The translations under genes were made by a program, and so were the position numbers. Positions 22,986 through 36,877 of a stretch of 64,000 nt of DNA are shown here, one piece after another (the stretch's first letter is position 1; each line of letters begins with the position of its first letter). Source of the DNA: Toensbergia leucococca (taxonomy: Eukaryota); contig JALDZS010000012.1 of the NCBI GenBank assembly GCA_022813965.1, positions 62,001 through 126,000 on the forward strand, written 5' to 3'. The notes under the pieces are model-generated. The model made no database searches. It was not told where the DNA came from and saw only the letters and a program-made list of their open reading frames with translations.

Positions 22986-25900
22986 ATGGCCCCCTCTATA
23001 ATTGAACCCTCAGTCATTGGCGATCATGATGTTCAAAAAAGCTACAACTCTCCCAAGACCTGCGCTCAACTTTCGCCCAGAAAAATCAACGCCTCCCTAG
23101 TGCCATTAACAATTACACCCGCATTAACCACAAGTCCGAGCACGCCGTTTGCCGAAAGTAGTCCAAGTCCTGCAAACACATCTATTCAATCATCCCCTGA
23201 GGGCCTTCGAGGTCGCAACCTTCCTTCTTCGAGCTCTCCTACTCCTTTCCAGTTACCTGAATCAACCATAACGATTCCACCAACACTCAATCATGGTGCG
23301 ATGAGCGAGGCAGTAACGCTGAATAGAGGGCCGAGCTTGATCCGAAGGCTATCTCGAGGGGCTGCCAATAGACTGACTCGACGTTGTCAATCAAGCAACC
23401 ATGTCTCTAGTCGAGACCATAGCTCAGGCCCTGTCATTATGCGAAGAAGGAGCAACAGCAAAGTCGGCGCCGAAGCAGATGTAACCTGGATAGAACCCGA
23501 GCTGCAAGGAGCTGACGAGGAAATATTTGAGGATCATCTACCTACCTATGGCTTGGGGTTATCGACAGATGGTATAGCCAGCGAGCAAGAAATAGACCCT
23601 CCGAAGAAATTACGGACTCAAGGTGGAATTGCCCCGGTTGTTCCTTTGATACTCCGACGAGGGACAGTGCTCACAAAAGTCACGAAGCGGAAACGGAAGA
23701 TGCTCACTTTTGTACTCGACACAGATTCTGCCAAGGTCTCTTGGAACCTTCAGGACTCATCGAAACGGTTCTATATCGATGATATTCAGCAGATACGACT
23801 ACAAAGCGAGGCAAGGAACTATCGCGAGGAGTTTCAAGTGCCCGTCGAATCTGAGCCCCGATGGTTCACCATCGTCTACGCTGATCAAGATCGAGCAAAA
23901 GGAAGACCAGTGAAGACCATGCATCTTATTGCTCCGAACCAACACGTCTTCGAATTGTGGACATCTACGCTTGATGATCTATCAAGGTATCGACATGAGC
24001 TTATGACAGGTCTAGTTGGATCTGGGCAAGACGAGAAGACTTTGAGGGGCCATTGGAAACGTGAGATGGCCAAGCTCCACGGCGAAGCATCTCATTCCGA
24101 GGATGAGGAGAGCTTAGACTTGGGAGGGGTAGAAAGACTCTGTCGAAGCTTGCACATCAACTGTTCCAAGACTCTTATCCGCGATCAATTCAACATAGCC
24201 GATGCCAGTAGCTCAGGCTATCTTAGCTTCAATGAATTCAAGGATTTCGTCCGAAAGTTAAAGGAACGCCAGGATATTGGAAAAATCTACAAATCAATTA
24301 CCGCCAGAACTCCCGACGGTCTAAGTCTGAATCACTTCCTCCACTTCCTTCAACACACTCAAGGTATTGACGTCGAATCTAATCGCGCGCATTGGCTCAA
24401 AATGTTCATCAAATTCGTTCGGAAAGCGGACCTGAAAACGCATATTACTCAAGATGCTACTGACGATCCATCGATGCACATGGGTTCTGAAGCATTTTCT
24501 GCGTTCCTTTCTTCTACGCACAACAACGTCCAAGTAAACAAGACTCCAGTAGTCAAGCTTGATCGCCCGCTGAACGAATACTATATCTCAAGCTCTCACA
24601 ACACATATCTTCTTGGACGACAAGTTGCCGGCAGCTCCAGTACTGAAGCCTACATAAGAGCGCTACAACGTGCCTGTAGATGTGTTGAGATTGATTGCTG
24701 GGATGGTCCGGATGAACGACCAATCGTGTCTCATGGCCGAACAATGACAACCAGTGTTCTATTTTCCGACTGCATTTCTGTAATTGGGAAGTATGCGTTT
24801 GTGGAGTCACCATACCCGCTAATTTTGTCTCTTGAAGTTCATTGCAACTCGCAGCAGCAACAAGTTATGGTAGACATTATGATCAAAGAGCTTGGGGATA
24901 GACTTGTTAGAGAACCATACATGACCAACGCCTTCAGCTTACCTTCTCCGGAAGATTTGCGTAATAGAATCTTGGTAAAGGTAAAGGCTGGGGAGGATCC
25001 ACATGTCATGTCTTCGGATTTACCTATAGGCCGTCGCCAACGAAGTTTCAGTTCTCCATTTTCTAGACCTCAGGTGCTTGATAACAGTCTGATCCCTAAT
25101 GGGCCTGCTCTGTCGAGTCCCCCATCTATAAGTCCTTCAGATCATTCATCATCGACCTGGGGCATCGGCAGAGGGTCTATGACAACCACTAGCATGAGCA
25201 GCGCGACAGACGATAGTGATGCAGCGCAAGCCGGTGCTCTTCGCCCCAAAAGAACAAAGACTAAGAGGAAGAGCAAGATCATCAAATCTCTTGGTGACCT
25301 TGGAGTTTACTCAAGAGGGCTGAAGTTTCAAGACTTTACTTTGGCCGAGAGTAAGACGTACAATCATGTATTCTCTGTAGCCGAACGCCAATTCGAGGGT
25401 CTTTGCAGCGACCAAGATACGAAGGCCCAACTTGAAAAGCACAATATGCGATATCTCATGCGAGTATACCCGTCCGCTTTTCGTATGAGATCCACAAACC
25501 CTGACCCTCTGGTGTTCTGGAGACGAGGAACCCAAATGGTTGCCTTGAATTGGCAAACCTATGACCTTGGTATGCAGATGAATGAAGCTATGTTTGCAAG
25601 TGGCCCTGATCGATCTGGCTACGTGTTGAAGCCACAAGAGTTGCGGCAGTCATCATCAACACAAGAGCTGGCCCAGGATCTCCCAACGTCGAAAATTGGT
25701 AGGATCCAAAAGAAGCTGATTCGGTTTTCCGTCGACATGATATCAGCTCAACAACTCCCGCTACCGCGGGGCCTAGGACTAAGTGAAGCACTTAATCCCT
25801 ACATCGAAATCGAAATGTTCAGTGCGGAAGATAAGGCTAAAGGCGTGGCCTTTGGCGAAGGTGGACAAGATGCCTCTGCACGAAACGGAATGTCTGGCAT

Positions 25901-26336
25901 TGGCTCCCCTCATCGAAGGCGGACTCTCGTGGTACCGAAAAATGGCTACAACCCAGTTTTCAACGACCAATTCAAGCTATCGTTGGAAACCAAGTATCCC
26001 AGCTTGGTATTTGTCCGATGGACAGTCTGGGACTCTCAGGACGGTCGTAATTACAATAGTAATGCCAGCAATGATCCGCTAGCAACCTTTACAGCCAAGC
26101 TGAGTAGTCTGGAGCAAGGATATCGCCATTTGCCTCTGTACGATCACAATGGAGACCAATTTTTGTTTGCTACTTTGTTCTGCAAGATCAGGAAAGAAGA
26201 GCCCGTCACCATTGAACGGGAAGATCCAATCACCGAAAAAGGTGGAAGGTTAAGGGCATTCAGCCAAGCTTTGTTCAAACGGACCCTCTCAGTTGAAAAG
26301 AGGGCTGCGAAAGAAGATAAGATCAACCACGAATGA
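22986..26336 (+). CDS. PLC1: Phosphoinositide-specific phospholipase C
   Basis: PH and EF-hand region, X box (YYISSSHNTYL, CVEIDCWDG, ILSLEVHC), Y box (LMRVYP, QMVALNWQT), and a C2 domain. Confidence 0.96.
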   Translation: MAPSIIEPSVIGDHDVQKSYNSPKTCAQLSPRKINASLVPLTITPALTTSPSTPFAESSPSPANTSIQSSPEGLRGRNLPSSSSPTPFQLPESTITIPPTLNHGAMSEAVTLNRGPSLIRRLSRGAANRLTRRCQSSNHVSSRDHSSGPVIMRRRSNSKVGAEADVTWIEPELQGADEEIFEDHLPTYGLGLSTDGIASEQEIDPPKKLRTQGGIAPVVPLILRRGTVLTKVTKRKRKMLTFVLDTDSAKVSWNLQDSSKRFYIDDIQQIRLQSEARNYREEFQVPVESEPRWFTIVYADQDRAKGRPVKTMHLIAPNQHVFELWTSTLDDLSRYRHELMTGLVGSGQDEKTLRGHWKREMAKLHGEASHSEDEESLDLGGVERLCRSLHINCSKTLIRDQFNIADASSSGYLSFNEFKDFVRKLKERQDIGKIYKSITARTPDGLSLNHFLHFLQHTQGIDVESNRAHWLKMFIKFVRKADLKTHITQDATDDPSMHMGSEAFSAFLSSTHNNVQVNKTPVVKLDRPLNEYYISSSHNTYLLGRQVAGSSSTEAYIRALQRACRCVEIDCWDGPDERPIVSHGRTMTTSVLFSDCISVIGKYAFVESPYPLILSLEVHCNSQQQQVMVDIMIKELGDRLVREPYMTNAFSLPSPEDLRNRILVKVKAGEDPHVMSSDLPIGRRQRSFSSPFSRPQVLDNSLIPNGPALSSPPSISPSDHSSSTWGIGRGSMTTTSMSSATDDSDAAQAGALRPKRTKTKRKSKIIKSLGDLGVYSRGLKFQDFTLAESKTYNHVFSVAERQFEGLCSDQDTKAQLEKHNMRYLMRVYPSAFRMRSTNPDPLVFWRRGTQMVALNWQTYDLGMQMNEAMFASGPDRSGYVLKPQELRQSSSTQELAQDLPTSKIGRIQKKLIRFSVDMISAQQLPLPRGLGLSEALNPYIEIEMFSAEDKAKGVAFGEGGQDASARNGMSGIGSPHRRRTLVVPKNGYNPVFNDQFKLSLETKYPSLVFVRWTVWDSQDGRNYNSNASNDPLATFTAKLSSLEQGYRHLPLYDHNGDQFLFATLFCKIRKEEPVTIEREDPITEKGGRLRAFSQALFKRTLSVEKRAAKEDKINHE

Positions 26337-26901
26337 GTTATGAATATGCAGGGGAGGAATCTGTACACTTACATGCATTGTGGTGTTTTTGGGAATTTTT
26401 GGATCGAGCTGGATTCACGCAAAGACTTATACCCCCTAAGGTTTTTTCAGAGGCGCAGCATTGGGTTGCGTATGCATCTTGGACGGAACACCTTGAAGGT
26501 TACTTCTCTTTCCATTCGATTTTACACGCTTAGATTACATCGTGCTTGATTTTTCTTTCATCTGTTCTACTATTCTTCATTGTTGTTTATGCAACATTGG
26601 CATTTGCACTCAGCTGGCTTTGAGTCTATCTATGGAGCGTTTCAGGAACGTGCATTTGCAACGGCGGGTGGAAATTGGCATCAGGGCCTGTGGGCCGGTG
26701 GAGTGCCTGTGCGGTCTTGCTTCGTACTGTGTGACATAGATGGATTACTAGATACGAGATCAAGAGACCGTATGTGCTACCAAGTACTTGTTCTCAGCTT
26801 GATGTGACCTTGAAGGCCTATGGGCGGTTGGGTATACTCTCCAGAAGGCATTCAATCACAACGCCTCGTGTTTAGAATTATCAACGTGGCTCTACCTCCT
26901 T

Positions 26902-27914
26902 CTACAGGTAATCCTTCTTTCTGCTCGTTCTAGTATACTGGTTCATATGCCATTCCACATCCCCATTCTTATCGTCCAACGTTCCCCCCCTAATCTCAAA
27001 TAACCTCATCGTCAGCCTCGGTCCCACCTCCGCCAATTCCACGCTCTGGTATCCCGTCTTCACGAACACATGATGGCGGACCTCGATACTATCTTCGATG
27101 TTTTTGAAGGTCACAATCCGATTGCCGACCTTGTGATTCGTTGTCGCAACTTCCCGCGGCGGGAAAATATGTTTGAGAATCTGTACCACACGGCGGCCAA
27201 GAGGGGTGGTGAAATCTTCAAAGATGAGGTGGGGGTAGGACTCGGAAATTGTGCCGCGGGAGGGGGCTGGGAGGTCGTGACGGAGGAGGACGTTGTGGAG
27301 GGAGAAGGAGGCTGTGGGGCCGTGGGGGAGGTGCGAGAGGGTTAGAGCTGTTGGCGTGCCGCGGTGTTCGTGGAGGAGGATGAGATCGGTCAATGAAGCG
27401 CTTTGGGCGGAAGTGACGAGAGCAGGTAGAATATAGGTGCCGCGATTGAGGCGGATTGATGTGGGAAGCAGGAGGCGGATTTCTTTGGCGAAAGCGGAGA
27501 GCCGGGTGGAAGGGGAGCGGGAGGTTGTGAGCAGGATCCGCGGGTCTGTGATACCGGACAGGTGGGCGTATTCGTCGTCAATTGTAGGGTCTTGATCTTC
27601 TTCTGCGGGGCGGGACTCGTCGTATTTGTAGTCTTGGCGTAGAGCGGTGTCGTTGGCGATGCTGGGGAGGAGGGGCTTGCCGGTTGCGAGGGAGGCTTTG
27701 AGCTGGGCGCGCTTTTCGGTGGTTTCGGCGGCGCGGAGGGTTAGGGCTCGGCGGTAGAGATAGTCGCGGCGTTGGCGGGCCTGTCGGCGCTGTAGGTAGG
27801 GTTAGTGGGGGAGGTGAGATAAGGAGGAGATGGAGAGATGGGGTGGAGAGGGAGAGATGGGGTGGAGAGGGAGAGATGGGGTGGAGAGGGGGGGAAGGGG
27901 AGGCTTACTATCAT
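26902..27914 (-). CDS. IMP4: U3 snoRNP protein Imp4 (Brix domain)
   Basis: Exon 1 ATG ATA (27914-27909); exon 2 27789-26902. MIRRQARQRRDYLY..., LLHEHRGTP, HLPHGPTA, LAEVGPRLTM. Confidence 0.95.
27832..27888. repeat. 19-bp minisatellite x3 inside IMP4 intron
   Basis: ggagagatggggtggagag repeated three times in tandem. Confidence 0.9.
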
Positions 27915-28329
27915 ATTGGAGGCAGGCTGATGTCCATAGACGTGACACGTCTTAAACAGGTATCCTTATGCAATTCACTTCAATATCGATCAAGCCATGG
28001 TGGAGAAAATTCTCCAATTTTGAGTTTAAGCTTGGGTGGGGCTGCAGAACATCGATCCAGGAACGCTTGACTCCACTAATCACCACATTTCTCTCTGTCA
28101 ATCCTTTTTCGCCACGTACATAGTGTCACTGTCTCCTTTCCAGTGGGCAGTCTCTCGGCAAACCAGATGTGAAGGAGCAAACTTTTTATCACTCCGCTTG
28201 AACGACAAGCACAGCCAACCTCCGCGATTGACGAGGCGCCGCGAAAGGTTCCTGAGCATCCGCACCCAAATTAGCTAGCTTCTCTTTGCTACAAAGAAGA
28301 GCAAAGGACACACTCTACAGCTTGATATT

Positions 28330-31300
28330 ATGGAAGGGGCTTTCACGCATCTTGGAAACCACTTGATATCAGATTCTGCACCTACTATCAACGCAGGTGA
28401 TGATCTCTCCACTATCGACCCAGATGAGAGCATTCTAGATAGGGAATATGGAAGAGGGAATTTATCTGGAGGCCCGAGAAGACGTCGGCATGATGATGAA
28501 GATGAAGGGACCGAGGGTTTCGACGATGACGATACAGAAAGCATGGTTAGTATGGCTGTGGATGGCTTGAATGGCAAGCCGGATGCGAGGATTGAGGAGG
28601 AAAAAGAATTACCGCCACATGCTTGCGCGTGAGTCCATACCAAGTAATCCCAGAATCAGGCTGGCTAAAGTGGCATAGATGTTCATTGGACTGACAGCAT
28701 TCGAATTTTTAGGTACTGTGGCATCCATAACACAAGTAGTGTTGTCAAATGCCTTGCTTGCAGTAAATGGTTTTGCAGCGCGCGTGGCAACACCTCGTCA
28801 TCTCACATCATTAACCATCTGGTTCGTGCGAGACACAAGGAGGTGCAGCTACACCCTCTTTCCTCCTTGGGAGACACGGTCCTAGAGTGCTACAACTGTG
28901 GGACGAAAAACGTTTTTCTCTTAGGATTTATACCAGCCAAATCTGATACTGTGGTAGTCCTTCTTTGCCGTCAGCCATGTGCTTCCATGCCTTCCTCTAA
29001 AGACATGAGTTGGGATATATCACGTTGGCAACCATTGATCGAGGATCGGTCATTCTTATCTTGGCTTGTCAGCCCACCTACAGATCAAGAACAGTTGCGC
29101 GCACGCCACCTCAGCCCTCAGATGATTGCAAAATTAGAAGAGATGTGGAAAGACAATGCCGCAGCAACAATTGCGGACCTCGAAAAGGGCGCAGGGGTAG
29201 ACGATGAGCCGGCACCAGTGCTACTTCATTACGACGATGCTTACCAATACCAAAACGTCTTTGGTCCATTAGTGAAGATCGAAGCGGATTATGATAGAAA
29301 GCTTAAGGAATCTCAGTCCCAGGATGGGCTCATCGTTCGCTGGGACTTTGGCCTTAATAACAAGCATCTGGCTAGTTTTGTGCTACCCAAATTAGAGCTC
29401 GGAGACGTGAAGCTTGCTGTGGGAGATGAGATGCGTATCAAGTACGTTGGGGAGCTTCGTCCGCAATGGGAAGGCGTCGGATATGTCATCAAGATTCCGA
29501 ACAACCAGTCAGATGAGGTGACCATCGAGCTACGTGCGAAAGGCGACCATAAATCTGTGCCGACTGAGTGCACTCACAATTTTAGTGCCGATTATGTATG
29601 GAAAGCGACATCGTTTGACCGTATGCAACTTGCTATGAAGACATTTGCAGTGGACGAGATGAGCGTCTCAGGATACATCTTCCATCGGCTGCTTGGCCAT
29701 GAAGTTGCGGCAGCACCAATGAAGACACAAATGCCAAAGAAATATAGTGTGCCCGGTTTGCCCGAGCTCAACGGATCCCAGATCAATGCGGTGAAGAGCG
29801 TTCTCCAGAAGCCTTTAAGCTTGATCCAGGGCCCTCCAGGTACTGGGAAAACGGTCACCTCTGCTACAATCATCTATCATTTAGCCAAAATCAATGGTGG
29901 TCAGATTCTTGTTTGTGCTCCCTCCAATGTTGCCGTCGACCAACTATGCGAGCGAATTCATAAGACCGGCCTGAAGACTGTTCGTGTGACAGCTAAATCC
30001 CGGGAGGATGTCGAGTCTCCTGTTGGTTTCCTCTCCCTCCACGAGCAGGTTCGCGCAAACGACAGCAATATAGAATTGGTCAAATTGAATCAGCTTAAAA
30101 GCGAGCTTGGAGAACTATCCAGCCAGGACGAGAAGAAGTTCAAGCAGCTCACTCGTAGTGCTGAGCGCGAGATTTTGACTAGCGCAGATGTGATTTGCTG
30201 TACCTGTGTTGGAGCTGGCGATCCTCGTCTTGCCAAGTTCAAGTTCAGGACTGTCCTTATTGACGAGTCTACTCAGTCCGCAGAACCAGAATGCATGATT
30301 CCCCTGGTACTTGGCTGCAAACAGGTCGTGCTTGTTGGAGACCATCAGCAATTGGGTCCGGTCATTATGAACAAGAAAGCCGCAAAGGCAGGTCTGAACC
30401 AATCTTTATTTGAGCGCCTTGTCATTCTTGGTTGTGCTCCGATCCGCCTGAATGTTCAATACCGAATGCATCCTTGTCTGTCCGAATTCCCATCGAACAT
30501 GTTCTACGAGGGATCTCTACAAAACGGTGTTACGATGCAACAGAGACTTCGCCGCGACGTTGATTTCCCCTGGCCAGTCGTTGACTCACCTATGATGTTT
30601 TGGTCCAATCTGGGCAATGAGGAGATATCAGCCTCTGGTACTTCCTATCTCAACCGCACAGAAGCCTCGAATGTCGAGAAAATCATCACTCGCTTTTTCA
30701 AGGCTGGTGTCCAACCTAATGACATTGGAATCATTACGCCTTATGAGGGTCAGCGAAGCTACGTCGTTAGTTCAATGCAGACGACTGGGAGTTTCAAGAA
30801 GGAGAACTATAAGGAGATTGAAGTTGCCTCTGTCGATGCTTTCCAGGGAAGAGAAAAAGATTTCATTGTGCTCTCTTGTGTCCGCTCAAATGACCATCAA
30901 GGCATCGGTTTCTTGAGCGATCCTCGTCGGCTGAATGTCGCCCTTACCCGTGCGAAGTACGGCTTAGTGATCCTCGGCAACCCAAAGGTCTTGTCCAAGC
31001 ACCCTTTGTGGCACTACCTGCTTTTGCATTTTAAGGAGCGCAATTGCTTAGTGGAGGGTCCTTTGTCCAATCTTCAGATATCATTGTTGCAGTTCAGCCG
31101 GCCGAAGCAGTCATATCGTGGTCCACAGCGCTACCAGATGGCATATCAGCACGCTTCCAATATGGCAGGTGGAATGACCAATGGCCGAAATGGCCCACGT
31201 CAAGATTACAATGATTCTGGATCCGTCGTTGGCTACATCCCTGATGATGTATCATCTGTTCACTCCTCTGCTCTTGGTGGTGTTGGTGTTCCCTCGGCGT

Positions 31301-31707
31301 ATCCCCAAATGTTTTCCGGCTTCCAGGATACTTGGCCCACTCTGAACGGCGGCCGCCGCGTCAATGGTGGCAAAAGTAGAGCTGGCACCGAGAGCATCGC
31401 TGGAGAGTCTGTCGCAGCTAGTGAGTCCGACGTCAATGGTACTAGCACTGTCGACGGAAAGTCTGGCCATGGAGGTGTCAGTCTTGCGGGTCTCAGCATC
31501 AATGACGCCAAACAGGCCAGCTTGAGTCAGTCTGATCGCCTGAAGCGTTATGTGGAGTCTGGAGGACGCACCGGCGACTCTGGCAGCGTCTTCGGTGGAA
31601 GCTCTGCTAGCAATCGATTGCCTCGTGGGCAAACGGGTGACGATGACGATACACGCAGTGTGTCTACAGCATTTGCCAGTCAAGTCGGACTCGGGAATTA
31701 TGATTGA
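28330..31707 (+). CDS. UPF1: Regulator of nonsense transcripts 1, SF1 RNA helicase (Upf1/Nam7)
   Basis: Intron 28629-28712. CH zinc domain (HACAYCGIH...LECYNCG), [33 protein letters not shown]. Confidence 0.97.
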
Positions 31708-32721
31708 TGTGTCTCATTTCGGTCGTTGACACGGTAAAGGTTATCAGAAAGTATGAGGCAGAATTAAAGTTCACAGAATTTACAAGAAAGATCGATCGAT
31801 GATCCTACAGAGCCTAACGTGCTGAGGAACATCCAAGCACCTCCGGAGCACCTACGGGTCATCAGGATGTCACCAGCCTGAAGAGCGCCATGAAGTCCAT
31901 CGACCGGAACACCAGACAAGTCAACCATCCGGTAAGCACGACAGAAGTAGGGACGTAATCGCTGCCTGAGCTGAAAAGCCTTCAAGCACGATTTGGTCTC
32001 TTCGGCATTCTACTCGGCTGATGCAGCGTGAAATCCAACCCACGTTAGATACTTTTTGGGGTATTGTTGTCAGCACATCAAATTGCAATCCGTTTTGTCC
32101 GTTCGTGCGTCTAATAGTCATGCTTCCAGCCCCGACATTCTTTGAAGTGTATTGTACCGAATCTGTCTAGAAATGCAAATTATTGCAATTAAGAAAGTAG
32201 CATATTTCGTACTTGCAAAACGATAGTCGTCGGAATGGTGAAACAATGAAGGTGGAGATCTCATCTTTGTATCTGTAACTGTAGCTGACATATCTTTGGG
32301 TTGCTGGACCGGGATCTGAGTCAGCCGGGCATCCAATGAGAGGAGAGCGGTTCGGTGAGTCGTCTTGAAAAAGAAAGATCTGCGTCTGAAAGAGATCTAG
32401 TTCATCCTAAAAAGTACTGGTCCTTTGGCTTGATAATGAAGTTGGAGATGCACAGTTAAGATTGGGCTGCGTGGCGCAAAGCCCAGCATGCCTGATTGGC
32501 GGGTTATGCGACCGACTTTTATGATTATTTTCCCTTTCACTTCTCTTTGTCCAATCAGAATAGACCAAAGGAGCCAAGAATCGTCATGCGTCACGCTTCA
32601 GGAGTCCTGTAGATCTCCCGTGTCTGATAGAATATGGGAACACCTCACATGGCTCCCCTTTTTGCATTCCTCTTCTCTACAGTTACAAATCCTTGGCTTA
32701 TCGGTGCTAGTCGCAGCGAAC

Positions 32722-33775
32722 ATGACTGCAATAGCTACGGCAGGAGTCGAGACTATCTCGACCCAGCTTAACGGCTATTTATCCAAAGATGCAAATAATA
32801 CAACCACTACCGACACCTCGAGCAATTCCGATGATAGCAACGGAGATATCATCGAGTCCCATACGCGACCCTCGAGGTCGGACCTGAAGAAGGCGGCGGA
32901 TATATCTCTCCTAGATGCCGACAAGGAATTGCATACTTTCAAAAGCTTGTACTCAGGTGATAGGGCGGCACGAAGAGTACTGGTTATCTTCATAAGACAT
33001 TTCTTGTGCGGTGTAAGTAGCCTCCGAGGACAACCTAGGAGCATGCACTAAGTTCTTGTAGAATTGCCAAGAATATCTCAGGACCTTGGCCTCGTCCGTC
33101 ATTCCAGCATCGCTCCTTGCCCTCCCTATTCCTACAGAGATTGTCATCATCGGATGCGGGAAACCCGATGTTATTCCTTGGTATACCGAGTCAACAAACT
33201 GTCCCTTTCCCATATACGCAGAACCCAGCCGGAAACTTTACGATCTACTCGGCATGACTCGTACTTTAGACCTCGGCTCCAAAAGTCCCGACTACATCCA
33301 GAGCTCTATCTTCTATGGCGCCGTAAAATCAATCTTCCAAGGTCTTCGAAATGGTCGGAACGTGTGGAAAGGCGGTGACTTGTCGCAAATTGGAGGGGAA
33401 TTCCTTTTTGAGGATGGTCGCGTTGCTTGGTGTCACCGGATGAAAAATACAAGAGATCATGCTGAGATACCGGAGTTGAGGAAGGTGATTGGGCTGGATG
33501 GCGAGGCTCCGCCGACGAGGAGATGGAGCACTAATTTGAAGAGGTCGCTATCAAACAGGAGGCAAAGTTGGTCGAGGAGTAGGAGTCGGACCCGGAAAGA
33601 TAGCCCACAAAAGGACAGTCCTGGCGGGAGTGTAATGGAGAAGGTAAAGGAAGACAAATGCGGAGAGGCCGACGGAGAATCAGATGAGATTGAAAGTAAC
33701 AGGACGGATGCGAACGGCACGGCTGGAAAGGAAGGCCTTGCTAATGGGTCACTTGATGGGAATATCGATACATGA
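32722..33775 (+). CDS. Peroxiredoxin-like/thioredoxin-fold protein (AhpC-TSA_2 / AAED1-like)
   Basis: Intron 33013-33061 yields FIRHFLCGNCQEY (CxxC). Also IIGCG, QIGGEFLF, WCHRMKNTRDHAE. Confidence 0.88.
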
Positions 33776-34172
33776 TACTGGGCAAATGGGAAGAGGCGGC
33801 GTTCCGGTCGTTCGTTGTTCAATAAGAGAATACCCAGGGCGCCAGGGCGGACGCGTTAATTCCATTTCATCTTCTTCGCTGCTGTATTATATCCGGCAAA
33901 TTACGTTGTTGCTGGCGATCTAGAATCCAAAGGAGGCTACCTTACTACCCGTTTGAATTGTTGCTTTCTCAAAACATTGTCATATCCAATCATACGCATG
34001 CGTCTCTATAAGTTATTACTCGTATGGTGATGGTGAAGACCCAAGCAAACAATTCTAGTAACATGAGCATCAAACTAAATACTCCACCATGCGCTGAATC
34101 CAAGACAGTAGTCGTACAAGGCAACAGCAACGACGTACATTGCTCCCTCCGCATATATGCTCTATGCTAAAG

Positions 34173-35356
34173 ATGCTGGAATTTTTGAGAGGCGGCTTTG
34201 ACAATCTCCAGCTTGACATTGTCGGTTTGTAAGAGCACCCTCTTTCTGACCATCCATTTGCCTAGAAAGTTGACCCACTTCCAACAGCCTCGCCATCCTC
34301 GGAGAAGCCTCAGTTCTTGCAAACGCCCAAGTCTCGACTCTCTCCAAATTCACCTATCTCCCGCGATTACTGCCAGCACCACAGGCACTGATACGGACAT
34401 CAAGGCCCGAGAAACTTGCTCCGACCACCGGAAAAGTTGTCGGAGCCCACTCTGGCGGAATCAGAGATCACGTCAATCACATCGCTCATATCCTGCACAA
34501 CGGCGACAGCCTGCCAGCATACTCGACTCGCTGCGTCAGGATTACAAAAGACGATACAAAAGCCCAGGTGAAGGCTCGGTCGACGGGACCGCTGACATGG
34601 CTCTCCATCCTCGGTTGTGGCATGTCCATTGCACTGGTGGTTCTTTCCGTCGTGGAGCACGATGGCATGTCCCTTCTGGCTACACTTCTCTTGTCTTTGC
34701 TCTCCACCATCATCGGCATCGGCTCCAAGTGGTCTCTCAAACTCTCGAAACGGAAAGGCGTCCGACTGGTGCCACCTGGAGACGTCGTTATAATATACCC
34801 GCACGGCGCTTTCCTCGTTGTTAAGTGTGACGAGTACATTGCGCGGGAGTTGTATTGGGCGCCTGAGGAATGCAAATACAATGTGGAAATCCTGACCTAC
34901 AGAGTCATATCTCTCACCGGCACTCTAATGCTCATGTTCGGCGTCATCTTCCTCGCCAACGCATCCCTCACCCTACAACTATACATTGCCGGCGCCTACG
35001 TGATACTGAATGCGGCATACTGGGTCGTAGCCGCCTTCCCCAAAAGCTGGCACTGGGACCTTTCCTCCTTCAAGGTCGAGCGGGAATCCTACGCCGGCGG
35101 AGAAAACTACGATAACTACACCGAATCGCTCTGGAAAGCCATTGCAATCACCCAGTCCATCGAGTGGGTCAAGATCTCCAGGACGGCGCCCGTCTCCAAA
35201 GCGTGGAACGAATGGCTCGAGAAAGCCGCGCAGGTGGCCGAAGAGAATCCGTGCAAGAGGGACGAGAAGACTGGACTGCTCACTTTTCCGCATTGGGATT
35301 TTCAGCAGGCTTTGAGTGAGTTTATCAATCCAGACCCGGCGGCGAATAATGTTTAG
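34173..35356 (+). CDS. Conserved fungal hypothetical multi-pass membrane protein
   Basis: Intron 34229-34287 gives LDIVGFLAILGEASV...LPRLLPAPQAL, joined in frame to ORF 34568; about 4 TM helices. An alternative in-frame ATG lies at 34164. Confidence 0.8.
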
Positions 35357-36877
35357 GGATTTTCTTTTTTTTTGGGGGGGTGTGGGGGGGAGAGGAATGC
35401 TGGTTCTTTTCTGGATATGGAATTTTTCTCGAATGAAGAGTATGGATTATGACCTCTTTGTGGCGGGTTATATGTGCTATCATTGTTCGGCGTTCTCGGC
35501 CCATTCTCTACATTGGAAATTGGATACATATATATCCTCCCTTTTTTTTTTTGGCGCCGCATATTTGTATATATACCCTCCCCAAATACCGCTCATTTGC
35601 ATAGCCCATATTTCCGAGGCTCGATATATATAAATCCGAGGAATAGCTTTAGACACGATATCTGTGGCCGCTGTGTTTTAGAGCATTTCGCCGGACACAG
35701 CGCTTTACTCTTGTCCTCGAGGTCTCCATCTACGACTTGCCCCGGGGGGGGTCAAGAAAGGTGGCGCCTTTCGATCCGGCCCGCTTTTTGCTCTGAGTTT
35801 TTTTCGGACCGATCCTGACCCCAAGGAATTGGCGCTGTTGCTTTTTTCTATCGCAGTGAAGTGTGGATCGAAAGGGGTCTAGCCTTGTTTCCAGTCTGGT
35901 GAGATGATGCACACTTCTATTGAGTAAGGTACCTATGCAGGCAACAAACTCAGGGATCTAATCACCAAAAAAAACTCTGTCCACTCGGGCCACAAACCTG
36001 GTTTTTTGTTCTTCTCCGCCATAGATAGAATAGCCAAGGGTGGTATCTCTATCCACCTTTTTTTTTTTAGAAGTTGATGCACAATTGATTATGAATTTCA
36101 AAAGTCATCCAAAGGAAATTAGGAGCTACTGATTTAATTTAATTTAATCAGGGATATTTGAAAGATGGTGGGAAAGTCGGTCGTGAAATTTCTGTAAACA
36201 AGTTTGTTGACTATTACCAACCCTCGTTACTCTCAACCAACACCCCCCCCCCCCACCTCCACCGGGCGTTGTTCTAGCACTGTTTTTTATAGGAAAAGAA
36301 AAGGAATGTTTCACCCCCACAACAGAAATAACTACTTGAGAATTGCTTTTTCCCCAGACCCGGATTGGAAAGAAGGTGACAGGGCTGGGAATGATAGAGT
36401 ACCCAGGGGAAGAATGCTGGCCAGGAGTTTTAGGGAAGCGACATAGTAGATAAAACGGCTAGAAAATTCCGGGGAAGATTCTGGATTGATGATTGCTGAT
36501 GGGGGCGAATGGGAGATGGATGACGATGATAATGAAAGGGTTCAAACCCGTGAACAATGAACATAGCCAGAACCTCGCCTCCCTCCCTCTCCAAAAAGAA
36601 GGAGAGAAAAACAGAACAAAAAGAAAGAAGCAGCCTTCCCCCCCATCAGCCCGTTGCACGAAATAGACGTTTTCCTTCCTTCCCTTTTGTGAAGACAGGG
36701 CCACATCTGATCTGTAAAAACCCCAAAAGCAGGCAAAATCATCCCTCTCAAAGCAAAAAGATCCAATGAAACAAGCCCTCGAGAATACTGCCCCATTCCC
36801 CATCCCATCATCATCTCTCTCCACCCTCAGCCCCGCCCCCCAAAAAACCCTTAGCGTCCTCTCGACCACTTCCCACC

